Part shown: positions 1 through 13,010 of the stretch, in pieces
Layout of the letters: each line of letters begins with the position of its first letter
Numbering within the stretch: the first letter of the stretch is position 1
From: Carcharhinus amblyrhynchos
Lineage: Eukaryota
DNA length: 64,000 bases
Reading direction: 5' to 3'
Assembly (NCBI GenBank): GCA_965287045.1
Contig: OZ336870.1
Coordinates: 148,056,001 to 148,120,000, forward strand
Notes under the pieces: model-generated
Told to the model about the DNA's origin: nothing
The model's database searches: none
What the model saw: the letters and a program-made list of their open reading frames with translations, nothing else
Program-made: the position numbers and the translations under genes

Positions 1-145
1 CAAGGAAAAGAGAGAGATGGTAGGCTTAGGGAGTGTGTTCAACAATGCAGAGCAAGACATTGTGAGTCAGATTGGTTGAAAGATGCTCAAATGAGTCAGC
101 AGTCAAATATTAGGAGGAAGTGGGGTTACTGTACACAATTAGAGA

Positions 146-1072
146 TGATTTGATGTATTATTGTCACATGTATTAACAGTGAAAAATATTGTTTCTTGCG
201 TGCTATACAGACAAGGCATACTGTTCATAGAGAAGGAAAATGAGAGAGTGCAGAATGTAGTATTACAGTCACAGCTGGGGTGTAGAGAAAGATCAACTTA
301 AAGCAAGGTAAGCCCATTCAAAAGTCTGACAGCAGCAGGGAAGAAGCTGTTCTTGAGTCAGTTGGTACGTGACCTCAGACTTCTGTATCTTTTTCCTGAG
401 GGGAGAAGGTGGAAGAGAGAATGTCTGGATTGCTTGGGGTCCTTAATTGTGCTGGCTACTTTGCCGAGGCAGCGGGAAGTAGGCTGGTTTGCATGATGCA
501 TTGAGCTACATTCATAACCTTTTGTAGTTCCTTGCGGTTTTGGGCAGACCAGGAGCCATACCAAGCTGTGATACAATCAGAAAGAATGCTTTCTGTGGTG
601 TATCTTTAAAAGTTGGTGAGAGTTGTAGCTGACATGCAAAATTTCCTTAGTCTTCTGAGAAAGTAGAGATGATGTTGGGCTTTCTTAACTGTAGTGTTGG
701 CATGGAGGGGTCCAGGACAGGTTGTTGGTGATCTGGACACCCTAAAAACTTGAAGCTCTCATCCTTTCTACTTCGTCCCCATTGATGCAGACAGGGGCAT
801 GTTCTCCAAATTGCTTCCTGAAGTTGATGTCAACAAAACAAAGGAAATTGCCATTAAAGGAGAGATTTTTGCTGCACCAGTTCACCAGATTCTCTGTCAT
901 TCCTGTACTTTGTCTCACCTTTGTCTGAGATCCAACCCAGTATGGTGATGTTGTCTGCAAACTTGAAAAATCAAATTCGAGAGGAATTTGGCCACACAGT
1001 TGTAAGTGTATAAGGCGTATAGTAGGGGGCTGAGAACACAGCCTTGTGGGGCATCAGCGTTGAGGGCGATGT
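146..1072 (-). mobile_element. Rex1/Babar-type LINE, 3' portion, degenerate
   Basis: Minus-strand ORF fragments [16 protein letters not shown] and C-terminal LLPSGKRYRSLRSRTN(RLKNSFFP) are typical of Rex1/Babar RT. A related copy lies at ~13010-15790. Confidence 0.8.
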
Positions 1073-1145
1073 TGACAAAGCAAACAAACAATACTAAGAT
1101 AATACTCCAATGTGATTTGTATTTGTAGCTGCAGTATTCTCTACT

Positions 1146-2165
1146 CATAGAACACTACAGCGCAGAACAGGCCCTTCGGCCCACGATGTTGCGCCGACCA
1201 GCTTTTTAAAAAAAAACAACACTAACCCACTAATCTAAACCAATCCCATTTCGTCCATAAACCTATCCACAGATCTCTTAAACGCCCCCAAACTAGGTGC
1301 ATTTATAACTGCAGCTGGCAGGGCATTCCAGTCCCTCACCACCCTCTGGGTAAAGAACCTACCCTTGACATCAGTCCTATAACTACCCCCCCCTTAATTT
1401 AAAGTCGTGCCCCCTCGTGCTAGCTTTCTCCATCCTAGGAAAAAGGCTATCACTATCTACCCTGTCTAAACCTCTAATCATCTTATATGTTTCAATAAGG
1501 CCCCCTCTTAGCCGCCTTCTTTCCAGCGAAAACAACCCCAAATCTCTCAGTCTCTCCTCATAGGATCTCCCCTCCATACCAGGCAACATCCTGGTAAACC
1601 TCCTCTGCACCCTCTCCAAAGCCTCTACATCCTTCCTGTAATGTGGGGACCAGAACTGCACACAATACTCCAATACGGCCGCACCAGAGTTGTGTACAGT
1701 TGCATCATGACGCTGCGACTCCTAAGTTCAATCCCCCTACCAATAAATGCCAAGACACCTTATGCCTTCTTAACAACCTTATCTACTTGATTCCCAACTT
1801 TCAGGGATCTATGTACACATACACCTAGATCCCTCTGCTCCTCCACACTATTCAAAGTCCTCCCATTAGCCCTATACTCAACACATCTGTTATTCCTACT
1901 GAAATGAATTACCTCACACTTCTCCACATTAAACTCCATCCGCCACCTCGCGGCCCAGCTCTGCAACCTTTCTATGTCACCCTGCAAACTATGACACCCT
2001 TCCTCACAATCTACCACACCTCCGACTTTGGTGTCATCAGCAAACTTACTAATCCACCCAACTATACCCTCATCCAGATCATTAATAAAAATTACAAACA
2101 GCAGTGGCCCCAAAACAGATCCCTGAGGCACACCACTCGTAACCGAACTCCATGACGAATATGTG
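1146..2165 (-). mobile_element. CR1 LINE, 5'-truncated
   Basis: ORFs 1760-2131 (PQGSVLGP, KFADD) and 1383-1673 (EYCVQFWSPH...RFTRM). CR1-type 3' tail at ~1146-1200. Confidence 0.92.
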
Positions 2166-2429
2166 CTCAGATATGCTTTTTGTAGTTATCCGTATTAACA
2201 TCATTAACTCAGTCATCTGGTATGTGGGCACACCTTCAATTAAAGGATGAATTAAACCATACCAACTTTTTTTGCATTTTACTTGGAAAAAACACACGTG
2301 ACAGGCCACATACATTGAATGCCATGTGGATAGAAATATGAACTTCTATTTTTAAAATCAATATAATAGTTGTGTGAATTATTCTATAGCATGAAGTCTT
2401 CAATAGCATTAAATTGATGTTGCATGTAA

Positions 2430-2720
2430 AAACAATTTATAAGGTAATAAGGTTGAAGCCAGGGTAGATATGATAATTAGAGGGATAGATTGTATTCTCT
2501 GCAGAAGTGCCCAAGAAGCCATGAGGGTATGTTGCCTCTGACTAAGATAGCTTTGAGCAGCTGCAAAAGAACTTGGATTGGGAGTGCAAGATTCTACTGA
2601 TGTGTACCATGTTGGGACCAAAGATATTGGGAAGGATAGACTTCCTGTTAAGGAAACATCACAAATTTAAAAAAAGGACCTCACAAGTGGTGATTACTAA
2701 CTTGCCACACTGTGCTAATT
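2430..2720 (+). mobile_element. degenerate CR1 ORF1 (esterase-like) fragment
   Basis: Remnants reading RVCCL... and YHVGTKDIG (cf. VHVGTNDIG of the CR1 ORF1 SGNH domain), with many disablements. Confidence 0.5.
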
Positions 2721-2799
2721 GTTAAGATCTTGATAGAGACCAATAACATTTTTATTCTTTTGGAATCTGCAGACCAAGGTTTTTTAAATTCATTTGCAT

Positions 2800-5250
2800 T
2801 ATTGTTTGCTAGGTCAATGTTTATTGTCCATCTCTGATTGCACTAGAGAGGTTAATAATCAGCTGCCTTCTTGAACAGCTGCAGTCCCTCTGGTGTAGGT
2901 GCATGCGTAATGCTGTTAGGGAGGGAGTTCCAGGACTTTGACCCAGCGATGTGAAGCAATGGTGATATATTTCCAAGTTAGAATGATGAGTGACTTGGAG
3001 TGGAACTTCCAGGTGGTGGTGCTCCCATATATTCTCTATTGTTGGAGATGGCTGTTGCCTGTCACTGTGTGACTTGTCAGCCAAAACCTGGATATTGTCC
3101 AGGTCTTGCTGCATTTGGACATGATTCTTCAGATACTGAAGAAGACCATCAGTGGTGCTGAACATTGTGCAATTATCAGCAAACATCCCCACTCTGACTT
3201 TTATGACGGAAGGAATATTGTTGAGAAGCAGCTGTAGATGGTCAGACTTCGGGCACTACCCTAAGGAACTCCTGCAGTGATGTCCTGGGACTGAAATGAC
3301 TGACCTCCAACTACCACAACCATTTTCCTTTGTGCGAGGTACATCTTCAGACAGCAAATATTTCCCCCAATTTCTATTGACTCTAGTTTTTCTAGGGCTC
3401 TTTGATGCCACATTCAGTCAAATGTTGCCATAAGGTCAAGGGCAGTTATTCTCACCTTAGTTCTAGAATTCAGCTCTTCTGTCTACGTCTGAATCAAGGC
3501 TGTAATGAAGCCAGGAGCTGAGTGACCCTGACAGAACCCAAACCGATAACACTGTTGATGACTCCTATTCACTTTACTGATGGCCAAAAAAAGACTATTG
3601 GGTCTGTAGTTGGCCGTACTGGATTTGCAAAGTAGATGTTAGTGTCGCAATGCTGGAATAGCAAGTTCTGGAGAAAGTCTTCAGTTGCTGGAATGTAGTC
3701 AGGGCTCAGGGCCTTTGCTGTATCCAATGCCTTCAGCTATTTGTTGATATCGCAAGTTGGCATCTGCATACTGGGGACTTCCTGAGTAGGCTGAGATGGA
3801 TCATTCACTTGGCATTACTGGGTGAAGATTGTTGCAAATGCTTCAGCCTTATCTTTTGCAGTGATGGATGGGGATATTTGTGGGGCTTCATTCTCCAGTG
3901 AACTGTTCAGTTGTCCATCATCATTTACAACTGGATGTGGCAGGACGGCAGAGTTTAGATCCAATCCATTGCTTGTAAAATCACTTAGCTCTATCACTTA
4001 TGCTGTTTGGTACGCAGGTAACCCTGAGTTGTAGCTTCACCAGGTTGATGGCTCATTTTTACGTATGTTTGGCGTTGCTTCTGGCATGCCCTGTGCACTC
4101 CTCATTGAACCAGGGTTGATCCCCTGGCTTGGTGGTAATGGTAGAGTGGAGAATATGCTGAGCCTAGAGGTTATAAATTATGGTTGAGTACAATTCTGTT
4201 GCTGCTGCTGGCCCACAGCATCTCATGGAAGCCCTGTTGGAGTGCCACACAATACTATGGCAGCTATCCTCTATGTAAAGATGATTCTTTATCTTCACAA
4301 GGACTATGTGGTGTTTGCTTCTACTGAAACCCTCATTGATAGATACATCTGTGGCAGGTGATTTGGTGAGGATGAGCTCAGGTACATTTTTCTCTCTTGT
4401 TGGATCCCTCACCACCTGCTGCCAACCCAGTCTAGCAGCTATCACCTTTAGGACTTGACCAGCTCAGTCTTTAGTGGCATGCTGGTGATAGACATTGAAG
4501 TAATTTGAAGCTTTGTCACCCTTGGTGCTTACTCTGAGTGGTGTCCAACACGGAGGGTATTGATTTTAACAGCTAAAGGAGACTTGGTAATCAGCAGAAA
4601 GTTTCCTGGCCCATTCTTGACAATGTTGAGGAGTCCCAGCGTGACACCACTCAATTGTATATTATTGTGCTGCCATGTCAGCTGAGTCTGTCCTGTCAGT
4701 GGCACAGGACACATTCAGGGATGCTGATGGTGGTATCTCAGCCATTTTCTGTAATGTATGATTCCATGAGTATGCCTGTGGCTTGCCTAGTCTGAGAGAG
4801 ACTGCCAGTTTTCGCACAAGTTGTCAGCTGCTAGTAAAGAGAATTTTGCACAATCAACAGGGCTGGGTTTGCCATTGTCACTTCTAGTGCCGAGTTTGAT
4901 GCTGAGTGTCCATTGGGTTTTGTTTTTTTTTGACTTTTAGCAGTTTGATACAGCTGAGTGGCTTGCTGGATCATTTTAGAAGGCTTTTATAAATCAACCA
5001 CATTGCTGTGGGTCTGTAGTCACGTGTAGGCCAGACCAAGTAAGGACAACAGATTCCCTTTCCTAAAGGGCATTGGTGAAGAAGATGGTTTTCATGACAA
5101 TTGACAATGGCTTCATTAGACTTTTAAATTCAGAATTTTATTGAATTCAAATCCGAATATATGCCATTATGGGATTCGAACCCATGTCCCCAGAGCATAA
5201 CCTTGCATCTTTGGATTATTAGTTATAATACTATTATTCTACCATCTCCC
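2800..5250 (-). mobile_element. old CR1-clade LINE, endonuclease+RT remnants (plus SINE-like tail segment ~4950-5250)
   Basis: Minus-strand fragments LGWQQVVRDPTREKNVPELILT (APE endonuclease), AKDKAEAFATIF, and MFADNCTMF (FADD motif). Confidence 0.75.
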
Positions 5251-5603
5251 CTTTTTTATAGGGCAAATGTAGAAAAGCTGTTTCAACTTGTGGGGGGAGA
5301 CTAAAGCCAAGGGACTGTACAATATAATAGGAAAATCAGGAGAAACCTCCAACTGCAGAACAGTTGGAATGGAGAACTTGCTATCCAAAGGAGTAGCTGA
5401 GGTGAATAACATAGATGTATTTCAGCAGAAAGTAATTGACCTAAGGAAGAAAGGAGTATGTTATGCTGATATAATAGGAGGAAGCCTGAATGAGGCGTAA
5501 ACTTAGTCAAAGAACTTTTGGATTCAGTGGCCTGTTTGTGTGCTGCATATTCTATGCAACTAATTTTCCATTGAAAACTTAAATTTAAATTCTTCAAATT
5601 TAG

Positions 5604-5730
5604 ATGGACAGCCTTATGAAGTTGTTGCAGTTGGAACGGGAGAGATGAACTGCAATGATCCTTTATTTTCTGAAGGCCGAATCGTGCATGACTCCCATGC
5701 TGTAGTTACCGCAAGACGCTCACTACTGAG
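5604..5730 (+). CDS. ADAD1: ADAD1 internal coding exon (deaminase domain start)
   Basis: AG/GT-bounded 127-nt exon encoding [42 protein letters not shown], matching the ADAD1 [15 protein letters not shown] motif. Phase is compatible with the next exon. Confidence 0.93.
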
Positions 5731-5949
5731 GTAAAGTATATAATATTCTAAACTCTGAAAGTTGTTATTCGGTGTATGCGACTTTATTTATACAGAAGCT
5801 GAAGAAAAGCTTTTTAGCATTGAATGGCTACCATGTAAGTCGTAAAGCAGAGTCAGCCTGCTGCTTCACATGATATTTTCATGAGACTGGTTTGTATCTA
5901 CATAACATCTGTCACAACCTGCAGTCCCATTTCAGAAGGTTGAATATCC

Positions 5950-7818
5950 TTAATATAAAAAAGGATAGCAAGAGTTTTTATAAATATATAAAAAGGAAGA
6001 GGCTGGCTAGGGTGAATGTTGGTCCTTTAGAGGATGAGAAAGGGGACCTAGTGGTAGGGGCTAAGGATATGGCTAAGGTATTGAATAACTTTTTTGTTTC
6101 TGTCTTCACGGAGGAGGACGTGAATAATTTGCCGGGTGTTAGCGATGGAAAGGTGGTAGGACTGGAGGGTCTTAATGACATTACTGTTACTAGAAAGGCG
6201 GTGCTCGACAGACTGGAGGGGCTGATTGTGGACAAGTCCCCAGGACCGGATGGAATGCATCCGAGGGTTCTGAAAGAAATGGCGGAGGTGATAGTGGATG
6301 CCTTGGTGGTTATTTTCCAAACGTCGCTGGATTCCGGGGAAGTGCCGGATGATTGGAAAACGGCTAATGTTACGCCGTTGTTTAAGAAGGGTGCCAGGCA
6401 AAAGGCGGGGAATTATAGGCCGGTTAGTTTAACGTCTGTGGTAGGTAAAATGTTAGAATCTGTCATTAAGGAGGAAATTGCGAGGCATCTTGAAGGGAAT
6501 TGCTTGATAGAGCAGACGCAGCACGGTTTCATTAAAGGGAAGTCGTGTCTGACAAATTTACTGGAGTTCTATGAGGATGTGTCTAGGGCAGTGGATAGAG
6601 GAGAGCCGGTGGATGTGGTCTTTCTAGATTTTCAGAAGATGTTTGACAAAGTGCCTCACAAGAGGTTATTGCAGGAGGTCGAGGGACATGGAGTTGGGGG
6701 TAGGGTGTTAGCGTGGATAGAGGATTGGTTGTCAAATAGGAGGCAGAGAGTGGGGGTCAACGGATGCTATTCGGATTGGCGGATGGTGACTAGTGGAGTG
6801 CCCCAGGGGTCGGTGCTGGGGCCTCAGCTTTTTACCATTTATATAGATGATCTGGAGGAGGGAACCGAGTGTAGAGTGTCGAAATTTGCTGATGACACCA
6901 AGATTGGGGGAACGGCAAATTGTGCGGAGGGTGTGGAGAGTCTGCAGAAGGATCTAGATAGGCTGGGCGAATGGGCCAGGAAATGGCAAATGGAATTTAA
7001 TGTTGGCAAGTGTGAGGTGGTCCACTTTGGTAGGAAGAATGGTAGGAAGGACTATTACTTACGGGGCGAAAAACTGCAGCAGGCGACGGTGCAGAGGGAC
7101 CTCGGGGTCCTTGTGCATGAGTTGCAAAAACCCAGCTTGCAGGCGCAGCAGGTGGTCAGGAAGGCGAATGGGATGCTGGCCTTCATAGCGAAGGGGATTG
7201 AATATAAAAGTAGGGAGGTCTTGCTGCGGCTATATAGGGCATTGGTGAGGCCGCAGCTGGAGTACTGTGTGCAGTTTTGGGCGCCGCACCTGCGCAAGGA
7301 TATTTTGGCCTTGGAGGGAGTGCAGAGGAGGTTTACTAGGCTGATGCCGGAGTTGAGGGGGTTGAGCTATGAGGAGAGGCTGAATAAACTGGGCTTGTAC
7401 TCATTAGAGTTTAGAAGAATGAGGGGAGATCTCATTGAGACGTATAAGATGATGAATGGGATGGATAGGATAGAGGTGGAGAGACTCTTCCCGCTCAAAA
7501 AAGACAGTAGGACTAGGGGGCACAGCCTCAAGATAAAAGGGGGGTGGTTTAGAACGGAGTTGAGGAGGAACTTCTTCACTCAAAGGGTGGTGAATCTCTG
7601 GAATTCTCTGCCCGTTGAGGTGGTGGAGGCTGCCTCGCTAAATATTTTTAAGACGCGGGTTGATGGGTTTTTGATAGGAGAGGGGATTAAGGGTTATGGG
7701 GAGAGGGCGGGAAAGTGGAACTGAGCAGCGACAGATCAGCCATGATCTTATTGAATGGCGGGGCAGGCTCGAAGGGCTGGATGGCCTACTCCTGCTCCTA
7801 TTTCTTATGTTCTTATGA
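5950..7818 (+). mobile_element. young CR1 LINE, 5'-truncated, open RT frame (~590 aa)
   Basis: ORF 5892-7724 carries KSPGPDG, YRPVSLTS, PQGSVLGP and KFADD. It ends in a (TTCTTATG)2 3' tail. The first ~20 ORF codons are flanking DNA. Confidence 0.97.
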
Positions 7819-8449
7819 ATGCAATAGTGAAAGATTACTACGTGGTCAGAGATGAGGAGACCCCAAACCATGGCTGATCAGCCTGCTTAATTTGACTTAA
7901 AAGATCCCTTGGCAGTTTTTTGATAAAGCAGATAATTCTCTCCTGATGCCCTGACTAATATTTATCCCTCAACCAACATCACTAAAGAGATACTGATCAT
8001 ATGTTGTACAGTTCATTCTTATAAATAGCAACAGAAATTTGCTGCTATATTTCCTATGTTATCAGTGATTTACTTCAAAAATAGTACTTAATTGCGCAAT
8101 ATTTTGAGCATTCAGATTTCAGGAAAAATTATATAAATATAATTCATTCTTTTAATTTGAAGTTTGTATTTTTTTTATTCAGTAAGTGGAAAGTGTTTAG
8201 AATAATCTGTTTGGTTCATCAACAATTGAACGCAATTGTAAGGAAATTAATTGTATCAGTGGTTACACAGATTATTTCAATGTTAAGCATTGACCCTGGT
8301 ATTTGTCATATTTCTTTGAGTAATTTCTTTTCCTGAAAGCTCTCAAGATTTTCAAAATTTTGATTTTAAAATCTCTCAAGATTTTCTTGAGAGCTGTCAT
8401 TGTTTTGGAGGCTACGTTTTGGGTTTTCAGGGCACCTTTCTCATTGCCA

Positions 8450-8705
8450 CGAAAATGGTAGCACAGTCATTAGCACTGCTGCCTCACAGTGCCAAAGACT
8501 CCAGTTTGGTTCCTGACTTTGACTGTGTGGAGTTTGCATGGGTTGCCTCCCACAGTTCGAAAGACGTGCTTGTTAGGTGCATTGGCCATGCTGAATTCTC
8601 TCTTTCTACCTGAACAAGTGCCAGTGTGTGGAGACTAGGGGATTTTCATAGTAACTTCATTGCAATGTTAATGTAAGCCTACTTGTGACAATAAATAAAC
8701 TTTAA
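8450..8705 (+). mobile_element. HE1-like tRNA-derived SINE
   Basis: tRNA-like head (gcacagt...agcactgctgcctcacag), central ggtgcattggccatgct and AATAAATAAAC tail, shared with other copies in the window. Confidence 0.8.
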
Positions 8706-9376
8706 ATCCCTTATTAGGTAATGCAGCCACATAATATCATTACCCTCTATTTGTGATTTTAAAAAAATGTAAGTGTTTCCCTTAGGTTGACACGGTTGTA
8801 CAAAAATGAAAGTCTGTATGTTTGCAAGATAACTCGTGCATACATTGGTTACATCTGAACTCAACTATTCCAACACACTCCAGGCTCCCATATTCTACTG
8901 TCCTTAATCTTGAGATCATTCACAAATCTGCTGCCCATGTCTTAACTCATAGCAAGTTCTATTCCACAGTCACCCCTTTGTTCATTGATCTGTGTTGGCT
9001 CTTAGTCAAACAATATCTTGATTTTAAAATTTTTATCCATGTTTTCAAATCTGTCTTGGTCTCTTTCCTCCAGCTCCACAATCTACAAGATTTCTAATTC
9101 TGACTGCCTTTGCATCCCAATTTTAATTGCGCCATCATTGGCGACAGTATCTTCAATTGCCAAAGCCTTGAGTGTGGAATACTTTCCTTACACTTCTTTA
9201 CTTCTCTACCTCACTTTCCTCCTTTTAAGGTCTCATTAGCCACTGCTGCCTCCTCACGTGGCTTGGTGTCATGCTGTGTTTTACAATGCCTCTGTAAAGC
9301 ACCTTGGAATTTTTCATAATGTTAAAAGAATTATTTAAATTTAAGCTACTATATTCAATTTCATTCACTCAGATAA

Positions 9377-9620
9377 GGGCAGCATGGTGTCACGGTGGTT
9401 AGCACTGCTGCCTCACAGCACCAGGGACTTGGGGTCAATTCCCAGCTTAGGTCACTGTTTGCTCTCTCCATTTCTGCGTGGGTTTTCTCCAGATGCTCCA
9501 GTTTGCTCCCAGAGTGAAAGAGGTGCTGGTTAGGTGCATTGGCCATGCTAAATTTTTCCCGAGTGTAGGAAAAGAAGAAACAAAAATGTGTCTGGAACAA
9601 ATGTGCCGGTGTTTGGAAAC
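9377..9620 (+). mobile_element. HE1-like SINE
   Basis: gggcagcatggtg...ggttagcactgctgcctcacagcaccagggac head, same family as the other SINEs. Confidence 0.8.
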
Positions 9621-9789
9621 AAAATAAGGGGGTGGTAGAGTTGGCAGAGATTAGTGTCTAAAATTGTTGCGCTTAATGGTGCACCTGAAAGGCTGTAAAG
9701 TGCTTAATTGAAAGATGATGTGCTATTTCTCAAGCTTAGTTGAGTTTCACTGGAATAATGCACCAAACCAAGATAGATGTCAGCTTCAG

Positions 9790-11822
9790 TGATCGTTGCG
9801 TGCTAGAACTCCAAATTCAGTTTGAGGGTGAGAAACTGGAGTCCTACACTTGCATTTTGGAACTAAACAAAGATAATTACTTTGGCATGAGGAAGGATTT
9901 GACCCTTATGGACTTGGCAGGAAGACTAAAAGGTAGATGTTTAAGGAGAGGGTCAGTTCCTCCCAACTAAAATATAACCTTTCTTCTTCTCTGGAATGTA
10001 AGAGGGAGAAGAAACACCTATGGCCAAATAAGAAAGTAAAAGATAACATAAAAGCTAAGGCACACATATTGCAAAGGTCAGTGGCAGGCTGGAAGATGAA
10101 TTTTTAAAAGATCAACAAAGGGTTACTAAAAAAGTAATGAAAAGAAATAATTACAAAAGAAAACTAGCACAAAATATTAAAAAGATAGCAAAAACTTTTA
10201 TAAGTATATAATAAAGAAAAGAGTAGTTGAAATGAATATGAGACTCTTAGAGGATGAGACTGGGGAGTTGATGGTGAGCAGTGCAGAAATAGCAGATTAA
10301 GTAGATCAGTATTTTGCCTTAGTTTCCACAGTGGAAAACACTAATGCCATTGCATACTAACAGGTATTTGTAGAGGTAATGAAAAGGAAGGAACATAGAA
10401 CAATCATCAATAGGGAAAACATGCAGAGCAAACAACTGGGTTTGAAGGTATACTCAGGACCTGATGGCCTACCTCCTAGACTTTTAAAGGAAATGGCATC
10501 AGGGATGGTGAATCCATTGGTTATGATATTCCAAAATTCTCTAGATACCGGAAAGGTTCCAGTGGATTGGAAAAAATGCTAATATAGGAGACTTTAGATC
10601 AGTTAAACATCTGTTGGGAAATTTTAAGGGAGTTATAATAGGACATTCAGAAAGTCAAAACACAATCTATCAGAATCAGCATTGTTTTACAAAGGGTAAA
10701 TAGCGTTTGACTGATTTGCTAGATGTAACAAGCCAAGTGGATAATAGGGATTTTATAGATGTAATATATCTGGACTTCCGGAAGACAGTTGATAAGGTGC
10801 CTCACAAAAGGTTATTCTACAAGATAAAATCACATGGGGTTGGGTTAATTTATTAGCTTGGATAGAGAACTGGCTAACCAACAGAAAGCAGAATCGGGAT
10901 AAATGAGTTTTTCTGGTTGGCAAGATGTTAGTAGTGGGGTATCACAGGATTCGGTCCATATTAATAGCTTGGATGCAGGGATAGAAAGCATTATAGCTAA
11001 ATTTGCAGATGACATTAAAATAGGTGGGATAATAAGATGCAATAAAGAAATAAGCAATTTATAAATGATATGGATAGGTTGGATGAGTGGGCCAAAATTT
11101 GGCAGATGGAGTTTAAAGTGGATAAGTGTGAGGTTATCCATTTTAGTCAGAAAAATTGAAAGACAGCTAATTATCCAAATGGTGAGAAATTTCAGTGTAG
11201 TTTGGTGCAGAGGGATCTGGATACCCTTGAGCATGAATCACAGAAAACTACAGCAGGTAATAAGGAAGGCAAATGGAATTTTGGCATTTATTGCTGAAGG
11301 AATAGAGTATAAAAGAGGTGTTGCTGCAACTGTACGAGGTATTCATGAGACCGCATCAGAAGTATTGTGCACAGTTTTGGTCCCCTTGAGGAGGGTGTAA
11401 TTGCATTGGAGGCAGTTCAGAGGAGGTTCATTAAATTGATTCCAGAGATGAGGGCTTTGTCTTATGAAGAGAGATTGAACGGTTTTGACCTATACACGCG
11501 ATAGTTTAGAAGAAGGAGGGAGATCTTACTGAGGTGTATAAGTTGCTAAAGGAGATTGACAAGGTAGATGTAGAGAGGATGTTTCCTTTTGTGGAGCAAT
11601 CTAGAACGAGGGGGTCATAGTTTTAGGATAAGGGATAGCAGATTTACTACAGTGATGAAATATTACTTCTCTAAGGGTCGTGAGTTTGTGGAATTCACTA
11701 CCTCAGAGTGCGGTGAAGGCCGAACATTGAGTAAATTTAAGGAGGAGATGGACAGATTTTTAACTAGTAATAGGTGAAAGTGTTATGGAGAATGGACAGG
11801 AAGGTGGAGTTGAGGCTGAGAC
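9790..11822 (+). mobile_element. degenerate CR1 LINE ORF2
   Basis: Frameshifted fragments SGPDGLPPRLLKE, DKVPHKRL, KFADD, RKANGILAFI. Confidence 0.9.
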
Positions 11823-11824
11823 GG

Positions 11825-13010
11825 GGACAATGTCACAACTGTGGGGAAAATAGGCCACTTCAAAACAGTTTGCATTAAACCACTGACAGCCTGTAAAAAA
11901 GCGAAAATCTTAAAGCAGAGCCGCGTACATAAATGAAAGAACCACAAGAATAGGAATTAATCTTCTCCAGAGATATAGATGACACTGATAATGAGTCTTC
12001 AAGTTAAACTCAAGTGGATGGACTGAGTTTGAATTAGATACAAGAGCAGGGGTCCCTATTTGATTAGATGAAGTTAATTTCTCAAATAGATAACTTTGAA
12101 ATCCTTGTCAATTAAAGCCAACTCTAAACAAAGCTGAAAATAAGATTGAACAATCCTTAAACCTCTTGTCATTTAAAATCTGTACTGTCCTCTACGAAAG
12201 AGAAAGGCTTATCTAAAATTGAAATTAATTTGTATGGTGGAAGAAGTTGCGAATGAGAATTACATCACATAATTCCAAAACAAATTTGAAAAATTATTTA
12301 AAAGGCTAGGGAAAACGCATCACACTCAGGTGATGCTAAACCATTTTGTGTCTTTACACCAAGGAAAGTCCCTCACTCATGTTTAGACCAAATCAAGGTT
12401 GAAATAGAAAGAGTCCAGTGACCAGATGTTATCTAACCAGTCAACATGTCAACACAGTGGTGTGCAGGCATGGTTACAATTCCAAAACCAAGCAGCTCTA
12501 ATATTGTTGTATTGTCATTGAACTATTAATCCAAAGACCCAGGGGAATCCTCTGGGGATCTAGGTCTGAATTTTACCATGGTAGATGGTTAAATTTGAAT
12601 TTAATAAAAATCTGGAAGGAAAATTCCAACAATGACCATGAAACCATTGTCAATTGTTGTTAAATCCCATCTGGGATCCTTTAGGGTAGGAAATCTGTCA
12701 TTCTAACCTGGTTCAGTCTACACATGACTCCAGATTCACAGCAATGTGGTTGACTCTTAAATGTGATCGGAATAGCTGTTGGAAGCCCCAGTTCAAGGGC
12801 AATTAGGGATAAGTGCAGGCCCAGCTAAAGGTGCCCACATCCATGAATGAATAAAAGAAAAATTGGAAGGCATAGAAAGAACAAGATGCCATATGGACAG
12901 CATCAACCCATGAGAGACCCACATTTGCAGTTTCAGAACAGCCCTGAGTCCCTTAGTGTAGGTATGCCTGAATAAAAAATGAGTTCACCAAACCCATTTT
13001 TTAGATCACA
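11825..13010 (+). mobile_element. Gypsy/Ty3 LTR-retrotransposon gag-pol remnant (continues at ~15790-15940); SINE-like insert ~12500-12860
   Basis: CCHC knuckle (C-H-N-C-G...GHFKTVC), protease-like FELDTRAG, PRKVP, WCAGMVTIPKP, CHMD, and after the nested LINE, LRRFLGTVNQVGKF. Confidence 0.75.

Noticed and set aside
5892-7724. 610-aa ORF as a host or domesticated gene
   Set aside because: It is a 5'-truncated CR1 ORF2 lacking the endonuclease, near-identical to other local copies. Its N-terminus is fortuitous flank sequence with a non-ATG start.
8450-8520. tRNA-like sequences at SINE heads as tRNA genes
   Set aside because: No complete cloverleaf; each continues into SINE body and tail.
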